Below are positions 62,452-64,000 of a stretch of 64,000 bases of DNA, piece after piece (positions within the stretch are counted from its first letter, which is position 1; each line of letters opens with the position of its first letter). Location of the stretch: positions 1 to 64,000 of the forward strand of contig NIVC01003430.1 in the NCBI GenBank assembly GCA_002269645.1, given 5' to 3'. Source of the DNA: Macrostomum lignano. Lineage: Eukaryota. The notes under the pieces were generated by a model. The model saw only the letters and a program-made list of their open reading frames with translations. It was not told the DNA's origin and did no database searches. The position numbers and the translations under genes are program-made.

Positions 62452-63676
62452 GCCGGAGCTGTCGGCTGCGGGACGGCAGAAAAATTTCGTCATTTTTTGG
62501 GAAACTCATTTTTCTAGGAATTTAATTCTCTAAAGTGCATTAAGCTCTTAATCGAATCGAATGTTCACAATTAAACCCAAGCGTTAGGCTAAAAAATCAA
62601 AGCATTAACTAGAAAGTCCGGAATGCAGTTCCATTCACTCACATTCATTATGTAGCTGCCTATTGCTTGGCTATGCAGGAGCTATATTTCGCACATTGAG
62701 GCCAAAAAAATTATTACCCCTGGACCGAGCAGGACACGTGAACTATTTATTTCCTATTGAAATCCTATATAATTATTACAGTTTTACAGGCTTTGAAAAT
62801 AATATAATTTTTTATATAAAAATACAACTCAGATCGCACTGTCCCAGTCTGCTGGTCTATAGGATTCAAATACGGCGGGAAACATATGTTGTGTAGACAT
62901 TTTTTGTGAAATGGCCTAGAAGCGAATCAATATTGGTATAGGCAGAGACAAATATAAAAAGTCTTTTAATTCACTGTTTCGAGAATAGTTTTAGACTTCA
63001 GTGAGCGTGCATACATGAAAAAACATGACAAATATTTGCCTAAAAATCTACCATATTAAAATAAGTTACTGTACTAAAGAAAGAGACAGTCATCAATTTT
63101 TATTTTTTAAAATGCAAACAAGCAATACGTTTTACTTGCATCAAATCATTCCATTTGAGTCCATTGCACTTTAATTTTGCAGTTACTAGAACACATTCAA
63201 TTATGATAAGAAGTTTTAAGTTTTAGGTTTTAGGCACAAAAACAACATCAGACATAGACTTATGAGCATAAAAAGTAAAAGAATCAATGACAAAGAAATA
63301 TTTCTAGAAAAATGGATCACGGTGACAGAGTTACCGAGACCAATTCCATATAGTAGCAGCAGTATTAACTAAAATTTCTCTCGGCCAGTAACAAAATTAA
63401 TTTCAAGCATGTAACTCAAGCAGTGACTATAGACACAATAAGGTTACAATAGGAAATGGTTAATTTGTATAAAAACCTATGAAAAGCAAATAAATATATA
63501 TAAGTTACCATAGTGAGCTCTAAAATATGCTAAAATGCGTCTTTAAAAGTTACTATTTTGTTTTTCTAAGTACACATATCTAAAATGGCGAAAATTTAGT
63601 TTGTGACTTTTAAGGAAATAAGTTCACAGACGACGCAGAACTTGCGAATTTATAAACCACGGTCCACGACGTCATG

Positions 63677-63945
63677 GAGGCTTTTCATATTACCAATTTC
63701 AGAATCAGAATCAGTTCGGATCTTTCAAGAAAAACAGCAGTATAACTATTTAATTCTGTTGAATGTTTGACTGCCTTAACAACCTCACTTACTGGTAGCA
63801 CAATTTTTTTACTTTCTTCTTGGCGATTGTCATTCAATAATAAAAACTTTATAGCACGTATCTCCCTCTAGTTATGGAGACACAAAGTTATACTTCACAA
63901 ATTGGTTCTGGTTCTGGAACCAGAACAAGCAATATGAAAAGGCCC
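63677..63945 (-). mobile_element. MITE copy 2 (269 bp, 3-bp TSD ATG)
   Basis: Reverse complement of 25614-25873; ATG at 63674-63676 and 63946-63948. Confidence 0.8.
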
Positions 63946-64000
63946 ATGGACGTATTTACTATTTACTATTTAATATTTTAGACTAAGATTTTGTAAACGC

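Overview
Eukaryotic, animal-type genomic DNA: GC-rich exons, GT-AG introns, and a different tandem repeat in most introns. The style suggests a free-living flatworm such as Macrostomum, but this is inference only. Genes reconstructed by hand from splice sites and reading phase: a DH-domain RhoGEF (+, 5' end not found); WDR97 (-, 9 exons, 1543 aa); a secreted, probably GPI-anchored type-B carboxylesterase (+); intronless FIP1L1 (+) followed closely by a ~70-aa membrane protein gene; a calmodulin-like gene (+); an ERM/moesin-like gene (+, 8 exons, 597 aa); and SPEF1 (-). Mobile DNA: a full-length Ty3/Gypsy LTR retrotransposon (LTRs differ at 2 of 315 nt, CACC TSD) nested inside a ~490-bp element with TIRs and an 8-bp TSD, two copies of a TIR MITE each with its own 3-bp TSD, and two tRNA-derived SINE families, one with a CORE-like domain. 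The most unusual signal is a set of sharply bounded CpG-depleted domains. The largest (about 33.2-37.7 kb) holds spliced pseudogene(s) whose stops fit C-to-T changes at CpA as well as CpG, suggesting local methylation- or RIP-like hypermutation. Other candidates: an operon-like FIP1L1/small membrane gene pair that may take its start codon from a spliced leader, a tRNA-like head pointing into a 3.4-kb two-variant hairpin array, and clustered RFX X-boxes. No CRISPR array or rRNA gene was found. All coordinates were read by eye; repeat boundaries are approximate.
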